Part shown: positions 36,337-50,200 of the stretch, one piece after another
How positions within the stretch are numbered: the stretch's first letter is position 1
Layout of the letters: each line of letters opens with the position of its first letter
From: Callorhinchus milii
Taxonomy: Eukaryota
Assembly: GCF_018977255.1 (NCBI RefSeq)
Contig: NW_024704742.1
Location: 109,680,001-109,744,000 of the forward strand
Length of the DNA: 64,000 nt
Direction: 5' to 3'
The notes under the pieces: model-generated
The model's input: the letters and a program-made list of their open reading frames with translations, nothing else
What the model was told of the DNA's origin: nothing
The model's database searches: none
Made by a program: the position numbers and the translations under genes

Positions 36337-37291
36337 TTACTAGGTGGATGGCAGGAATCCCTACAAACTTCCTGGTGGGCAACACTGCTCAGGACGAACA
36401 AGAAATGTTCACAGAAAGAAGATTTGATGAAAAGTATAGGGTACTATTAAAGGTACAAATGATCAAACCATATCACCAGCAGCACTATGAGTCCTTAAAG
36501 CTAATTCATGAAACTCTTCTATTCAATAAAGGATTATCTTGTCCTAATCAGAACATTCTGTGGTTGCTCCTAATATGCAGAGTACTATCTAGGTTTGATC
36601 AGCAGAGGGCAAGAAACATTAACTTATTGGTACTGGATAAATGTTCTGAAAAGTACATTTTCTAGCAATTTATGATTCATTTCATGCCTTCCAACAAATT
36701 CTACAATGACATTCTCCAAAGCTTTATCAAATAAAACAAACTACATTTATGTTAAGTATTACTTAGTGTTACTTATTAGTAAAAATTGTCACATTTTACT
36801 TTAGAAGGATAATGAATTATCAGTGTTATTTTTTTCTTGTTGTGCGGTACTAAAACATGTTTTGTGTAATTAATAGCTTCATAGCAGCTTATTATTGTTT
36901 TGCAGAATTGCACGTACTAAATTTTGTCACAACACTGTCTGGCCATCCTTCCTCAGAGGGACATTTTTTTTTCTCTCCATAATGTTAAAGTTGTTGTGCA
37001 GTTTTTGGCACTGAACAAATTATTTTTAAAACTGTTTTTGTCAGCAGCAGTTATTGCTTGAGTTGAATGCATTGAATGGGTATATGTTGACTACTAATGG
37101 GTCCCAATAGTCCTTGGAACACTCACAAATGAGCATTTTTAGCAAAACCAACTCATCGACCACAGTTCTGCAATATTTGTAGTAGGGTACATAAGGGGCT
37201 TGGGAAAAGGCAGACTAAATATGTCCAAGGGGAATGGTCCTGCAACATTTTTAAGTAAATGTCCCCTTCACTCCTTGAACATCTTGGATGC

Positions 37292-37570
37292 AATAATAAT
37301 AATAATAATCCTTGAACTTAATTTAGCGCTTTTCACATCTAGACATCTCAAAGCGCTTCACAGCATATACTGTAAAGTGAATTGACTGCATTTTTGTGGA
37401 CAAAACGCGGCAGCCAATTGTGCACAGCAGTGTCCCACAAACAGTCATGGATTGAAGTGACCAAATTATTATTGTTTTTTTTTCTTGAGGGATTATTATC
37501 AGGTGTGTGGAGTAAGGAAACTTGCCCAAGGTTTTGTCCTGCCGGGAATCAAACCCAGGTCTCTCGCAAT
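37292..37570 (-). mobile_element. Young tRNA-SINE, short form, head truncated
   Basis: gtaaggaaacttgcccaagg block, B-box region and tail. Confidence 0.9.
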
Positions 37571-38756
37571 GTTCAATTTAAACTTTGATGATAAAATACT
37601 TTCCTCTATAAATGTATCATTCCTAATTCAATATACTCATCAGCTCTGCAGCATTTTGAATTGATTGAGAACACCCAATTGCAGCAATTCCACAACATGC
37701 TATAAAATGGTACCACATACAAATCCTCCTCTTCCTTTTTAGACCACATAAAAACTCAAGCTGCAAGATATCAAAGTTAAATGGAGAAATTGTTTCATGA
37801 ATACAGCAAGTAAAATTGAATACTTAATGGTTAGATTTCTCTAGTGTACCAGGGAATTTAGTGTAGGCCAACTGAAAGACTCAAATGGATAATCGTGTAC
37901 TTTGATCAACATGCCTCCCCACAGCATCCCAAGTGTGCATCTATTTTACAGATCGGTTCCATGCCGATCAGACATGGGAAATGATTGCAATGCACTGATA
38001 TGCCATTCAATAGATTTTCTGAGATATTTCATTCAGATGAGGATAGTTGAAAAAGTGTGTGAATAGGAAACCCACAGAGGAACTGGCACAATCATTTGAA
38101 TAAGCACCTCAGGACATAAAGTGTGTCTTGTACAGAGAACCACATGTTCATCATGTTGACCCACAAGAACTCTGTTCTGACCCAAGATCACTTTGGACCA
38201 GAGCTTTCATGGTTGCCTGGGCACGTGGAATTTCCTGCATGAGCAGTACTTTGTATTCCAAGGCAGAAGCTATGATTGTTTTTTCCATAATATAAAAATG
38301 TTAATACTTTATCATAATTAAAGTGACAGTTGAGATTCTGCAATTGGCCTCAGCAATTTGAGCCTGGGCAAGGTAAGGAAAGCATGGTTTTCTGACTGCT
38401 GTTGTTACCATTGCTGAAAAGTGCATGTTTAAGGACGTTCACAAGATTATGATTGGTTTGGAAGAAGAAGGCCCTTTGGCCCATTTAATCTCATCAATCC
38501 AGAACACCTACCTTACTGTCTGGATGTGTATAGGTATGGGGTCAAGTAGAGTCATGATGGAGGTTGGGTCAAATCCTAAAAAACTTGCAAAATGTCATTG
38601 TCAGGGTTCACATGAGTAACAGCTACTTGGATATCTGGCAACAACCAGTAACTGTAAATTAAGTAGAAGATGAAGAAAGAGTTAAGTAAGTTCAGGAATG
38701 GGGGACAGGAAGAAAAATGGCGAGGAAATTTCTAACAAGAAAAAATTGCTTAAGTA

Positions 38757-39240
38757 CAATGCAATACAAAATTACATTTGTATAGCCCCTTTCATGTCGG
38801 GAGGACATCCCAAGGCATTAGACAGTCAGGGATTTGGACCCGAGAAGGGGGAGGGGGTTGGGGTAAGGGAGGGTGGAGGGCCGGAAGGGTGGCTGTAGGC
38901 ATGGTTGAAGAAGAGGGTCTGGAGACATGCCTTGAAGGAGGCAAAGGAGTGAGTGAGGCAAAGGGAATGTGAGATGGAGTTCCAAAGGGTGCGGGCAGAG
39001 AGGCTGAAGGCCCACCCACTGGTGATGGGGCAGGCTGAGTGGGGGACATGAAGCAGGCCGGAGCCTGCTGAGTGGAGGGAGCGGACAGTTTGATGAGGGG
39101 TTAGCAAGGTACAGAGGTAGGAAGGGGCAAGGCCGAGGATTTTGAATTCTATCCTCTGAGGGATGGGGAGCCAGTGGAGCCAGGCGAGAGTGGGGGTGAT
39201 GGGGTCACAGAGCCTGGTGCGAGGGAGAACACAAGCTATG
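38757..39240 (-). mobile_element. L2 LINE 3' fragment
   Basis: ORF 38826-39284 RTRLCDPITPTLAWLHWLPIPQRIEFKIL...LWNSI. Confidence 0.9.
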
Positions 39241-40075
39241 TAGGTAAGTAACCAGAAAGATAATGACATCTCATAAGCCCACATAAGAATTTTGATTGTG
39301 AATTTTGTTTTCTTTTTATTTGTGAATGTATATTAATAATATTGTGTACTGGAAAGATATTGTAGTTCTGATTCTATTACATCATCAGTACTTTAAATGC
39401 AGACATTGCTTTCTTTGTTCCAAGCTTACTGGAATACTATAGATTCTCAAACCAGGAGAATTTCTTACACTTGCAATATTGGCTTCTCTCCAGCAAGCAA
39501 ACATTTTGTGGTTGGTAGAAAATTTGCTTCATTAAAAAAGCAGCTGCTTTCATAGCCACATACTGTTCATTACACAGATTAATGGCAGCAGCTGATGAAC
39601 CAGTACATATATGCCAATAAAGGAATCTGTTCTGTGGCTACCATTTTAAAACATAAATCTTCAACACCTGAAAAACAAAGGCAATTCATAATAATAATAA
39701 TCCTTTTATTGACAATTCATATAATCTTGATAGCATTATTTCGATGATCGTGCTCCTGTTTATATTCTTTAACATTGTTCAGTGGAAGTACACGATTGCG
39801 TACTATCAAGTGTGTGGTGGAAGGATAGAAAGAGATCACACATTCATTAAATACGTATGTAATCACTATGCTTCTCATTGGTTTCTCACAATTTCCACGG
39901 TGATATCCAATCACAGCCAGAACAAAGGGTCACTTGTCATAAATAATTGGGAATAGAAATGGGTGGGTTAAAACATAGTCCTCTCACCTCTGGCTCCTGT
40001 ATTTGTATCCAGCAAAGACAAACCGAATGAAAGTTAACTCTTTATGATGGCCCCTAAGTGAAATGAGTTTCGACC

Positions 40076-40446
40076 ATAATAATAATAATAATTCTTGCAT
40101 TTGATATAGCACATTTTCACGTCTTCTCGACGTCTCAAAACACTTCACAGAATATACTGTGAAGTGAGTTGACAGCATATTTGTGGGCGAAACGCGGCAG
40201 CCAATTGTACACAGCAGTGTCCCACAAACAGCCATGGATTGAGTGACCAAATTATTTTTTTTGAGGGATTATTATCCCTGGAAAAGCGATCCGCCAGCGA
40301 TTAACAACCGAGTTCCTACTTACTGCTAGATAAACAGAGGCGTGTGGAGTAAGGAAACTTGGCCAATGTTTCGCCCTGCTGGGAATTGAACCCAGGTCTC
40401 TCGCTTGTGAAGTGAGTACTCTAACCACTGAGCTACAGGACTCCAC
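40076..40446 (-). mobile_element. Young tRNA-SINE, long form, full length
   Basis: Complete head (gtggagtcctgtagctcagtgg), CORE-like block, internal segment and tail. Confidence 0.93.
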
Positions 40447-41149
40447 ATCTCTGTCCATTTCCCAACGGACAAAACTATACAGCAAAAAACTGTTTGTAAT
40501 TCAGCACTAATTGGGCAATCTTACTCAGAGAGGCTATAAGATGACTGATGTGGGAAATGGAAATGTCACACTTGTGAAGAAGCAGGTATTCTTCAGAGAC
40601 TAAGATTTAGACATTAATAGGGGAGAAATCCAGGAGGGAGCTCTCAGCTCTAGATCTAACATACTGTTCCTGATCTGAGGATGCTTGATACCCCAGGTAA
40701 AAGGAGGAAACTGCCAAGTACTGTTCCGAAAACAATATGTTGTTAACAAAATGTCAGAGACAACACGCTTATTAGTTTGTTAGAATTGCATTCTGCTAAT
40801 GTTTCTATGATGTATTATTATGCTTTTTTTACTTATCTTTTGTTACTGTAGATTTTTTATAGGAGCTCTGTTTTTTCCTCATCCCCAACCACTGAACGAC
40901 CACCATCCATTATCCCTCCCTTGTCCATTCCAAGTCAATAAGAGGGCAACCCGTGTAATAATCTTTTCGTACTAGACATAGGCATTTTATTTCACTTTTT
41001 GAAGTAAATGTTATTGCTTGCTATGCTATATTGGACAAATAACTTCTACAATATGAATATGAAAGATTTAAACTGCTGAATGTGTTCAGAATTATGCTAT
41101 ATATTTTGCCATTGTTCTGATGAGAGATTAAATATCTGAGGTCCTGTAT

Positions 41150-41410
41150 GCCTAGTCAGGTGAACTTGAAATATCTCATGGCATACTCAAAAAGAGAAGG
41201 GAATTTCTCCCAGTGTTTTGGACAAAAATCCCCCCAGATAGATTGTTTATTTACTTAATGGCTGTTTGTTGGACATTGCTATGTGCAAATTGGCTGCCAC
41301 GTTCACCTATAAAGCACATAGTCAGTACCCATTACAGTAAATCCTATAAAGTGCTTTGAGACATGCTCCCGATATGAAAGGTGGTATATCAAATGCAAGT
41401 ATTATTATTA
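41150..41410 (+). mobile_element. Deu-type SINE, 5'-truncated
   Basis: catggcatactc...gtgcaaattggctgccacg...tcaaatgcaag. Confidence 0.75.
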
Positions 41411-41994
41411 ATGTATCGCTCAGTATGTGTGATATGTATTGTTGGTGCAGTAGTTGTGAGTATATTTGTGGGTTAATAATTGGCATATATATATTGCTCT
41501 AATCCACTTATCAATTAATATTTAAATCAAAATATTTTCCCATTGATGGCTTTTTTAAAAAAAATGCTAATAGTCGGGATTTTTAAAATAATGTTTGTAA
41601 TATCTGACCATCTTACATCAAAAGTTTTTTTTAATGAGAAACATTCATTCATACCATAATGCAATCAATATACTGGAAGTGTCCAAACATTTCCTTTGGC
41701 CAAATTTCAGACCTAGCTTAACAGTGAGACCACAATAAGTATGATGTGGGTGAGTGTGTATCTCACTGTCTCTTTCTCTACCTCTGAACTGTCTCTGTGA
41801 GTTTGTGTGGGTGTAAATGTGTGTATCTATCCATCTCTACTTCTTGAAATAAACATGGATATTTAGTTGTGTGTGTGTGTGTCACTCTAATCTTGCACTT
41901 ACCTAGATTGAAATATCAACCTGCTGGTCCAGAATTACTCTACTAACATCCTGATCCTGGATACCTTGCCATTGTGGAATTTAAATGCAAGGTG

Positions 41995-42745
41995 GTCTGT
42001 TCGACCCTGAGCCGTCCTTTCTCCCTCATATCCGCGCCACAACTGGCACCGCCTTCCATCACCTCCGGAATGTCGCCAGACTACGGCACTACCTCACCCC
42101 TCACGCTGCTGAAACTCTGGTCCATGCCTTTATCACCTTAAGGCTGGAATATGGGAACTCTCTCCTCGCCGGCCTTCCCGCCACCTCCCTCCACACTGCA
42201 GGTCATTCAGAACTCTGCAGCTCGTGTACTGTCCCGCACCAGGCTTCGGCGACCACATCACTCCCACCCTCGCTCGCCTCCACTGGCTCCCCATCCCCCA
42301 GAGGATCGATTTCAAGATCCTCATCCTCACCTACAAGGCCATTCACGGCCTTGCTCCCTCCTACCTCTCTGACCTACTATCCCCCTACTTACCTGCCCGT
42401 ACCTTCCGTTCCTCTGGCTCCGGTCTGCTCCACATGCCCCGCCCCAACAGCCCTACCATCGGTGGCCGGACCTTCAGCCTCTCAGCCCCGAGGCTCTGGA
42501 ACTCTATCCCCCAGTGCCTTCGCCGCCTCCTCCCTTTCCTCCTTCAAGGCCGGTCACAAGACCTTTCTCTTTGACCGTGCCTTCAGCTCCCCTCTCGACT
42601 CTCTACCCCCTCCTCGCTCCCTCCCTTCCCTCCCCTCACCATTTCCCCCCTGCTCGGGTCCTGACCCAACTGTACAGCGCCTTGGGACGTCCTCCTGACG
42701 TGAAAGGCGCTCTATAAATGGAATCTTGTTGTTGTTGTTGTTGTT
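41995..42745 (+). mobile_element. Young L2 LINE 3' fragment with intact tail
   Basis: Very similar to the reverse complement of 1-530; ends gcgccttgggacgtcctcctgacgtgaaaggcgctctataaatg...(TTG)n. Confidence 0.94.
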
Positions 42746-43599
42746 AAAAAAATATTTCTGACATTGCAAGCTGAGGTGACTTCCACATCACATCTTAGGG
42801 AAGATACTCAGCATGTGGACAGGGGCATTCTATTGTACCACAACCACAACAATAGCACTCTTCACATGGGTAATGTCTCGGAGCGCTTGATGCTGAGCCA
42901 GTTATACAAATATTGTGCAATTGTTTGGGGAATTTGAAATACTTTTTGGTCATTCAGTATATGGGATGCAATGAAACTCTTTACTGTTGCATGCGTCCTG
43001 GAAACTGTATTTTGAGGGCCTAAGAGGTACATTACTGAAAAACAACAACTTACATTTATATAGCAACCTTCACATAGAGTAACGTCTCGGAGTGCTGTAA
43101 TGAAGTACATGGGCTTAATGCATGTGGCTTCTTGGAGCTGGGTTGTTCAGTTTGTTATGATTTTGTAATTGAGGTTTTTTTTGTGTAGATGTGTGACCTT
43201 GGAAATTCTAGATGCATTAACGTTGAACATGTTTAATTTTGTTTTTTTTCAAATATCTTTCTATACTTCACATTGTTCAAGCAAGTGATGAAGGTACTTA
43301 TCAATACCATCTTGAGATCATGTTGAATGTCTTTTACAGGTGCAAACTACCAAGTCACTCAATTAGAAATGGTTCTGATAATGCTACCTCTCTTTCCCTT
43401 CCTGTGTATGTACTGAAAGAAAACTCTTCTGTCAACATCTGTTGTATGTTTGAATCTGGATGATTGCTGTAACCGTATGTTGATATGACTGTGTCAAGCT
43501 CTCTTGTGCTGCTGTGATTATGCTAAATTTAGTGAAAGTTACGTTATTCAGATGGAATTTGCTTTGCAGGTTCTTGTTTTTATTCTTTTGTTTATTTCC

Positions 43600-43770
43600 A
43601 CTCCACTCTAGAAACAGAGAGCTACAGTTGCACGGGCTAACCTGCAGTCCCTTGGCCATGAGCACAGCGGTGCAGAAATATTTCCCTGGGTTTACTTTTA
43701 AAGCCATTTAAAATCTTGTATATACCTGAATGATCCTTTCCTTGGCAAGTTCTATCTGCTTCTAAGCACT
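43600..43770 (-). mobile_element. CR1 LINE fragment, degenerate
   Basis: Minus ORF ...IYKILNGFKSKPREIF resembles the CR1 ORF2 C-terminal VYKIL.G motif. Confidence 0.5.
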
Positions 43771-43869
43771 CCGAGACACTACCCTGCATTTTAAATGCAA
43801 GTTGTTGATGATGATGTTGTATCCAATCCATGAAGTTCACGTGCCTTCTATTCTTACTTCCAAAATGCA

Positions 43870-44215
43870 GTATTTTGTACCTTATCACATCGTCGAGATG
43901 TCTCAATGCGTTTCACAGAATGTACTGTATGTGTAGTAACTGTTTTTTTGGAGGTGAATGTGGCAGCAGTTTGCCCACAGTAGTGTCCCACAGACATCGA
44001 TGATGTGAATGACCAGTTTCTTCCTGGCAACGAACGCTTAAGCAGGCTGACAGGACCTTGGTTTAATGTCTCATCCAAAAGACAGTACCTCTGACTATGC
44101 ACGCCCTCCCAGCACTGCATTGGAGTATCAGCCTAGATTAATACCTCAAAATCCAACCTGGGACTTGAACCCACAAACTTCTGACTAAGAGGTGGAAGTT
44201 CTTCCAGCTGAGCTG
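43870..44215 (-). mobile_element. Deu-type SINE
   Basis: Head gacttgaacccacaaacttctgact, ggagtatcagcctagatta, ggtttaatgtctcatccaaaagac, tail. Confidence 0.83.
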
Positions 44216-44455
44216 GCATCTTGGATAGCGATCAAGGTTCCCCTTTAATTTTCTTTTCCCCCCTCTCTTCATCATAGGTATTAGGACAATTTGTAGCATT
44301 TCAACTTCTAACCCATTTTAGTACAATAAAGGTGGCACACACCAAGGTTTATATATTGGACCTACTGGTCTGTATGGTTCAAGTTCTCTTTACATGGTGT
44401 CTTTACCCATTGAGACGTTGTCAGAAATCTGTGTGTTTTTCAAGTTTACTCACTT

Positions 44456-44681
44456 GAAGAGTAATTCTACCTGGTTCTAGATTTACTCTATTTACGTAGC
44501 ATTTTAGAGCATCCAGAATTTGGCAAATTCTTAAATACAGCTGTAAACCGGTTTACTGTAAGTATTTTTGAAGAACTTTACAGTTCAAAGTTAATACCAA
44601 ATTGAACAATTTGCAATGTTCTGGATGCTCTAAAATGTGATGTAAATGGAGTAAATCTAGACTCAGGAAGAATTTCTCCCC
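44456..44681. mobile_element. MITE family B, second copy
   Basis: gaagagtaattctacctggttctagatttactc ... gagtaaatctagactcaggaagaatttctcccc; inner ttttagagcatccagaa / ttctggatgctctaaaa. Confidence 0.8.
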
Positions 44682-45104
44682 TACTATTGTTTGACTATTG
44701 TTTGACTATTGTCTGACTTGTCTGAGAATTTATAATTCATCTGCTGCCTGTGGCTTTTGTTGGAGAGCTTTTGTTTCTGTGAGTAATATTTGTTCAAGAT
44801 ACCCTGCGGTGTAATCAGTTTCACTTTGAAATTCTGTCAGGATAGTGTCAGTTTGAATATTGAACACTCAGGTATAATCAATTTTGGTAGTTTGGGTTTG
44901 CTGGTATATGAAAGGTGTTCTTATTTGTTTTTTATTCTTTGTCTTTTAGTAATTTTCATTTGTGGTAAGGAAGATTTTCATCTGTATAGTTTATGACAAG
45001 GCAATGGTCAAGATTGGTTTGGATGAAGAATACCCGCTTTATGCTTTCCAATTGCTTCGTACAAATCGGTTTTGTTAGAATTTTTTTTAAAAAGCTATCT
45101 GGTT

Positions 45105-45485
45105 ATCAACTTGGCTCTTTTGATAGCTCTCTCATGTTGGAGTCAGAAAGTTGTGGGTTTCAGCTCCTTGCAGGACTTAAGCACTGAGCTGCACCCCAGT
45201 GCTGTCTGAGGTGGTGCTGCAGTGTTAGAAATGTCAACTTTCAAGGCTCCTTTTGCCTGTTCAGTTGCATCTTATGACTAATATTTGAAAATTGAAGGCA
45301 GTTTTATTTGATGTCCTGTAACAGACATCTAGATGAATTGGTCATTGGTCAATTGTTTGTTGGGCTTTGCTGACACAGGTTAATTTTTCTACAAATAGTC
45401 AAAACACTTTACAGTAACATTTTATGAAGCGCTTTGAGACATTTTGAGGATGTGATAAGGCATTATGTCAAATGCAAGGTTCATA
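45105..45485 (+). mobile_element. Deu-type SINE, degenerate
   Basis: gagtcagaaagttgtgggttt head, ggtgctgcagtgttaga, tail gaagcgctttgagac...caaatgcaagg. Confidence 0.7.
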
Positions 45486-46555
45486 TTATTTGCTTATAAA
45501 TAGTCGAGTTATTTGATTGTAATTACCTGTGAAATGCTTTGAGGTATTCATATTCATTCATCCTTACATTTGATATAGCGCCTTTCACACCAGGAGGATG
45601 TCTCAAAGCACTTCACAGAATATACTGCAAAGTGTAACGACTGTGTAACTTATAGGCGAATTGTATAACTTGTTGGTGAACTTTCTGCCAATGACCCAGT
45701 TGGTAAAGCCACTGTTTAAAGTGAAATGAGAAGGTTTCAGATGATACGATAAGGCATAAGTGCTTAAATCTTTTAAAATACAGTTGGATAAACATCACTA
45801 TAAAATAAACAGTAACAACACTTTACAGGAAATCCTGTGAAGTGTTTTGAGGTGTCTTCCTGATGTGAAAGATGCTATTTCAGATGCAAATTATTATTAT
45901 ATTATTATAGTGTGGTAGAAGATACAGATATAAATATGTGATTCAGAATGGGATTGAAGGATGTAGAGATGAGTATTAAGTCGGGTGATGAAATGCTCTT
46001 TGGAATATAATGCACATGCTACTTGAATCATTGATGTATCATCTGTGGAATGCAACTGGTCAGGATTGAATAGTGGGGATTGTAAAGTTAGATTGATGGC
46101 CTGGAGGTCTGCATTGATTACCTTATCTTACACAACATTATTATTTTAGATATTTTACTTGTGTGTAATGCTTAGTTGGTACTGTGAGTCATGCTGGAGT
46201 CTTGAGTCTAGACTACTGAGACCACCTTCATAATTTGTTCTGCTGCAGAATAAATGCAGGCAGTATAAATCAATTTGACCTCCATTCCAAAAAGGTCCTG
46301 ATGCCCCTCAATAAGTTAATCTTGTTTTTGTTCTTAAAGTGAACTACTTAGTTGTGATTCCATCATCATAAACTGCATAAATTTGTGCTAAGTGAGTGCT
46401 ACATTTGGATAGTTTTGTGCTTTTGCCCATGCCCACACGGAACTGGTTGAGAATGCACACACATTTCACTTAAAGCCCTCAACACCAGAATAGACCTTTA
46501 TCCCATCAGTCCAAAAATGCATTTGAATCTAGGCTCCAAAGGCAAAAGGGAAATG

Positions 46556-46830
46556 TGCTCAGTTGGCAGCATGCCTCTGAGTCAAAATGGTATAGGTTTA
46601 AGCCCTGAGTCAGGGCTTGGATCTCACACTGCAGGTTGACATTCCAGTGCAGTGCTGAGCTGAGCTGCATTGTCAGAGGTGCCATCTTTCAGATGAGACA
46701 TTAAACTGAGAACCTGTTTGAAGATCCCATGGCACTAGTTAAAACCTAGTGAAGCACTTTTGAGATGTCTCAACAAAATGCTAATTGAGTGCTATAAGTG
46801 CCATATGAAATGAAAGGATTATTATTAGTA
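46556..46830 (+). mobile_element. Deu-type SINE with internal deletion
   Basis: gctcagttggcagcatgcctctgagtca head; gctgcattgtcagaggtgccatctttcagatgagacattaaac; aagatcccatggcacta. Confidence 0.8.
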
Positions 46831-46955
46831 TTGTATTAGTCAGTCATCTGCTAAGAATATGCTTGACCTGGTTCTTAGGTGCACAAGAACAGCCCTGGGG
46901 AAACAATAACCCTGTTATCCTCTCTGCCTGTAAGAGAAGCATCCAACCTTCTCTT

Positions 46956-47269
46956 GTGGAATCCTACAGCACAGTGGTTAGAGCACTCGCCTCATAAGCG
47001 AGAGACCTGGGTTCGATTCCTGGCAAGGTGAAATGTTGGGCAAGTTTCCTTACTCCACACACCTCTTTTTACCTAAGAGTAAGTAGGAACCTGGTTGTTA
47101 GTTGATTGATGGGTCACTTTTCCGGGGGTAATAATTCCTTCAAAAATAATAATAATAAATTGATCGCTTCAACCACGACTGTTTGTAGGACCCACTGCTG
47201 TGTGGAATTGGCTGCCATGTTGCCCACAAAATATACAATCAATATCAAATGCAAGGATTATTATTATTA
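46956..47269 (+). mobile_element. Young tRNA-SINE, long form, tail stem-loop deleted
   Basis: Head with ggttcgattcc B box; jumps from atatacaatcaa to tatcaaatgcaagg. Confidence 0.9.
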
Positions 47270-50200
47270 GTTTCACTCCAAAGATCAGAAATTTGCTGTG
47301 TGAACAACTAGAGGAATGTCTCCATATTGTTTCACTCTGGTAGAGAAGGTTAGTACTCCAATGCAATGCTCAATTTCATTGAAGTTGAATTGTTGTTTGG
47401 ATTTATGGCAGCCTTATTGTTAAATTGCTATTGATAGTATTTTATCTTGGCAAGCTTAACATCCGCAAATTCAGAGTTGTCAACACGGAAGAAATGTTAG
47501 GAGTAAAATTTATGACCAGCAGGAGTGATACAGATTCCAAACCCATTTAAGCATATTTATGTATTTTGACTGTTGATTTATTAGGGTGACATTTATTAAA
47601 ATGGATTTTCATGAATGAATATAACTCTAGTAAGTACATTTGGGATGCCAGCAGCTCCTGCAGTGGACAAAGAGTTGATCTATTTTTAATTGTCTGAGGT
47701 TTACATGTTTTTTTTAGCTCTGAAAAGTAAAAGTAAAGTACTTTGAGACATCAAAGGTGATATACAAGTGCAAATTGGTTTTCATGTATAGTTATAATAA
47801 TAATCATTGCATTTGATATAGCGCCTTATACCTTCATGTCTCAAACTGCATCAAAGAATATATTGCAAAGTGAATTGACTTTATGGTATATTCTGTATAT
47901 TTGTGAGCCAAATGGTCAATTTCACCATATTTTCTACATCTTAACCAGGATGTGCCATTTGAAGCCCTCGTATTTTTGATGAGTGAGTTCCGAAATTTTT
48001 AAAAAAATTGTAAAATATTTTGGGACACTTCTGTGTGACCTCTCTTTTGGACACTTAACTAATTCTGATAGTTTCTTATTCTTTCACATGCTGGATTGCC
48101 AGAGAATTGCTTAGATGGAGTGCTGCTCAGGAAGCTCACTGATAAATTGACACGGTTAGCTTGTATCGTTTAATGCGTATTCCCTTCTGAGACAGGAGCC
48201 GCATTTAAGGTATCAGTTGTGATGCAAATGAGGACACAGAATTATATAGATTATATAGCATGGAAACAAGTCTTCCGGTCCAACTAGCCTGTGCTAGTGT
48301 TTATACTCCATATGAGCTTTTCTTGTACCCTTCTATTCCCTTTTGCCTCATGTATGCAAATATGAACAGAAAACAATTGCAAGAGAGAAAAAATATTACT
48401 AGGCCAAACAAATAGTTATATTTTACTATAAAATACAATACATGTGTGTATTCTGAATTTCTATACAGTGAATTGATAGGAAACCAACAAGTATTTATCA
48501 TGTACATATATGGGTCAATAATTATCATTCTGTATGTGCACACTATCAAATGCACCTATTTTCCACTAACAAACCTTTCACCTACAACATTACCATTTCT
48601 CAATGCTGCTGTTACTTACAGATTTACAATACTCATTAATATACAGGACGCAGTAACACTCAGTTACATTTTTGAGAGCTGTATTATTGTACATTTTATC
48701 TCTTTGTCAGTGAACTAAGTAGTGCACGAATGGACATCTATAATGATTCAAACCTGTAACTTGCAGATGTGTGTTTCAAAGGTGAATCAGCCAGGCAAAT
48801 TGTTTCCTTGCTTGTTACTCTAAATTTATCCTATTTTTTGACATTGTTTAATCAGTCTGACTGAATAGTCTTGTCAGTAGAGAGCATCAAATTGATTCTG
48901 CCTAACCTTTGGTCTTGTAACATACCAAGTTTCTATTTCAGTCTCTCTAGTTATAATCTCCTACCTAAAACACTGAGAATCTACTTCAGATAGGAAAATA
49001 GACTGAGGAAATAAGAAAGGGTAAAATACTGTATTAGGGAGAATAATCATTTAATCGTTCTCATTAGATCTGTTATTTAACTTGGGTTCTATAACTTCAG
49101 AAATTGTCTTTTTATTAACTTTCATTAATATAATGGTATTCATTGGGAGACAAAATATAGTTCAAAAATGAATTCTTGTTTGTGAAAACTATGATATATC
49201 ACTAATGGTTAATATGCTAAATCCTCGCTTTAATTCTCATAGAAGCCGTATGTTTTAGATCTTACATTTCGCAATGTTGTCAAATTAAAGATAAGATATG
49301 CAGCTTTTTGCACTTATGGATTATGATGTCTAAATAATTCAAAAAACTAAAATGCCTCATTTAATCATATTTTACAGAAATGTAATCTTAAGGAATTGAA
49401 AATGAACTGGTTGACCTTTCATATCAGTTGTATATCATGGTGTAATCTTTAATGCAAAGTATCCAATTAATTTGTTTTGCCTACATGTTTTTACTGGCCA
49501 CAAAGCACGATGGAGCATGCTGATGGTCATAATTATGTCGTGTACAGCCTGGAAGTGTTGCTTTTTGAGACTGCAGTTGTTAAGCGGGTGAAGTGAAGAT
49601 AGATCATTGACAAGTGAGAATGGTAATAATTTATTTTCTATGGATGGGGTGTGACAAATCATGTCAGAGTGGTGGCAGAATACTGTGGGGCTCTGTGAAG
49701 TAAGACTGTGATGGGCAGAGATGAAACCCTTCACAGCTCATTTAGTCTAAATGGAACCGCCTGGGTGGTGAATCAGTTCAACATACCATCCAGAGCATTC
49801 CTGCACAATATTAGATCACTTAAAGACAAGAACATAGGGCTTCTGTTGTGCATTAATCAGTACGGCTTAGCTATCAAGTTGCAGAGTTCGCAATGAGGGA
49901 TAAAGGAAGTAAAATGTGTGAACTATTTTTATGTAGTCATTATTGGTTGGATGAATAGTATAACCTTATTATCTTCGGCAGATTGCAGTGGAAAACAACT
50001 TTATAAACAAAGGAATTTTTTTTAGAATTCTCTTCATTTTGTCCAATGTTTCTAGCCTACTGTATTCATCCCCTGTAAGCCTGCACAGTCTGGACTACAG
50101 ATTTCTCTTTATCTGCTGTCTGCCACTGCAAATATAATTCAAACAGGGTGACCTGAATACTGTCAGCTTTCCTCTCAGAAGACAGAACGTGTTGCTTCTT

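Noticed and set aside
39799..39828. RTIKCVVEG resembling the CDC42/Rac N-terminus
   Set aside because: Immediately followed by a stop, no GxxxxGK motif; likely chance
44683..44715. Short tandem repeat (ctattgtttga, about three units); similar local duplications at ~11008, ~15718 and ~53151
   Set aside because: Ordinary slippage duplications with no further structure
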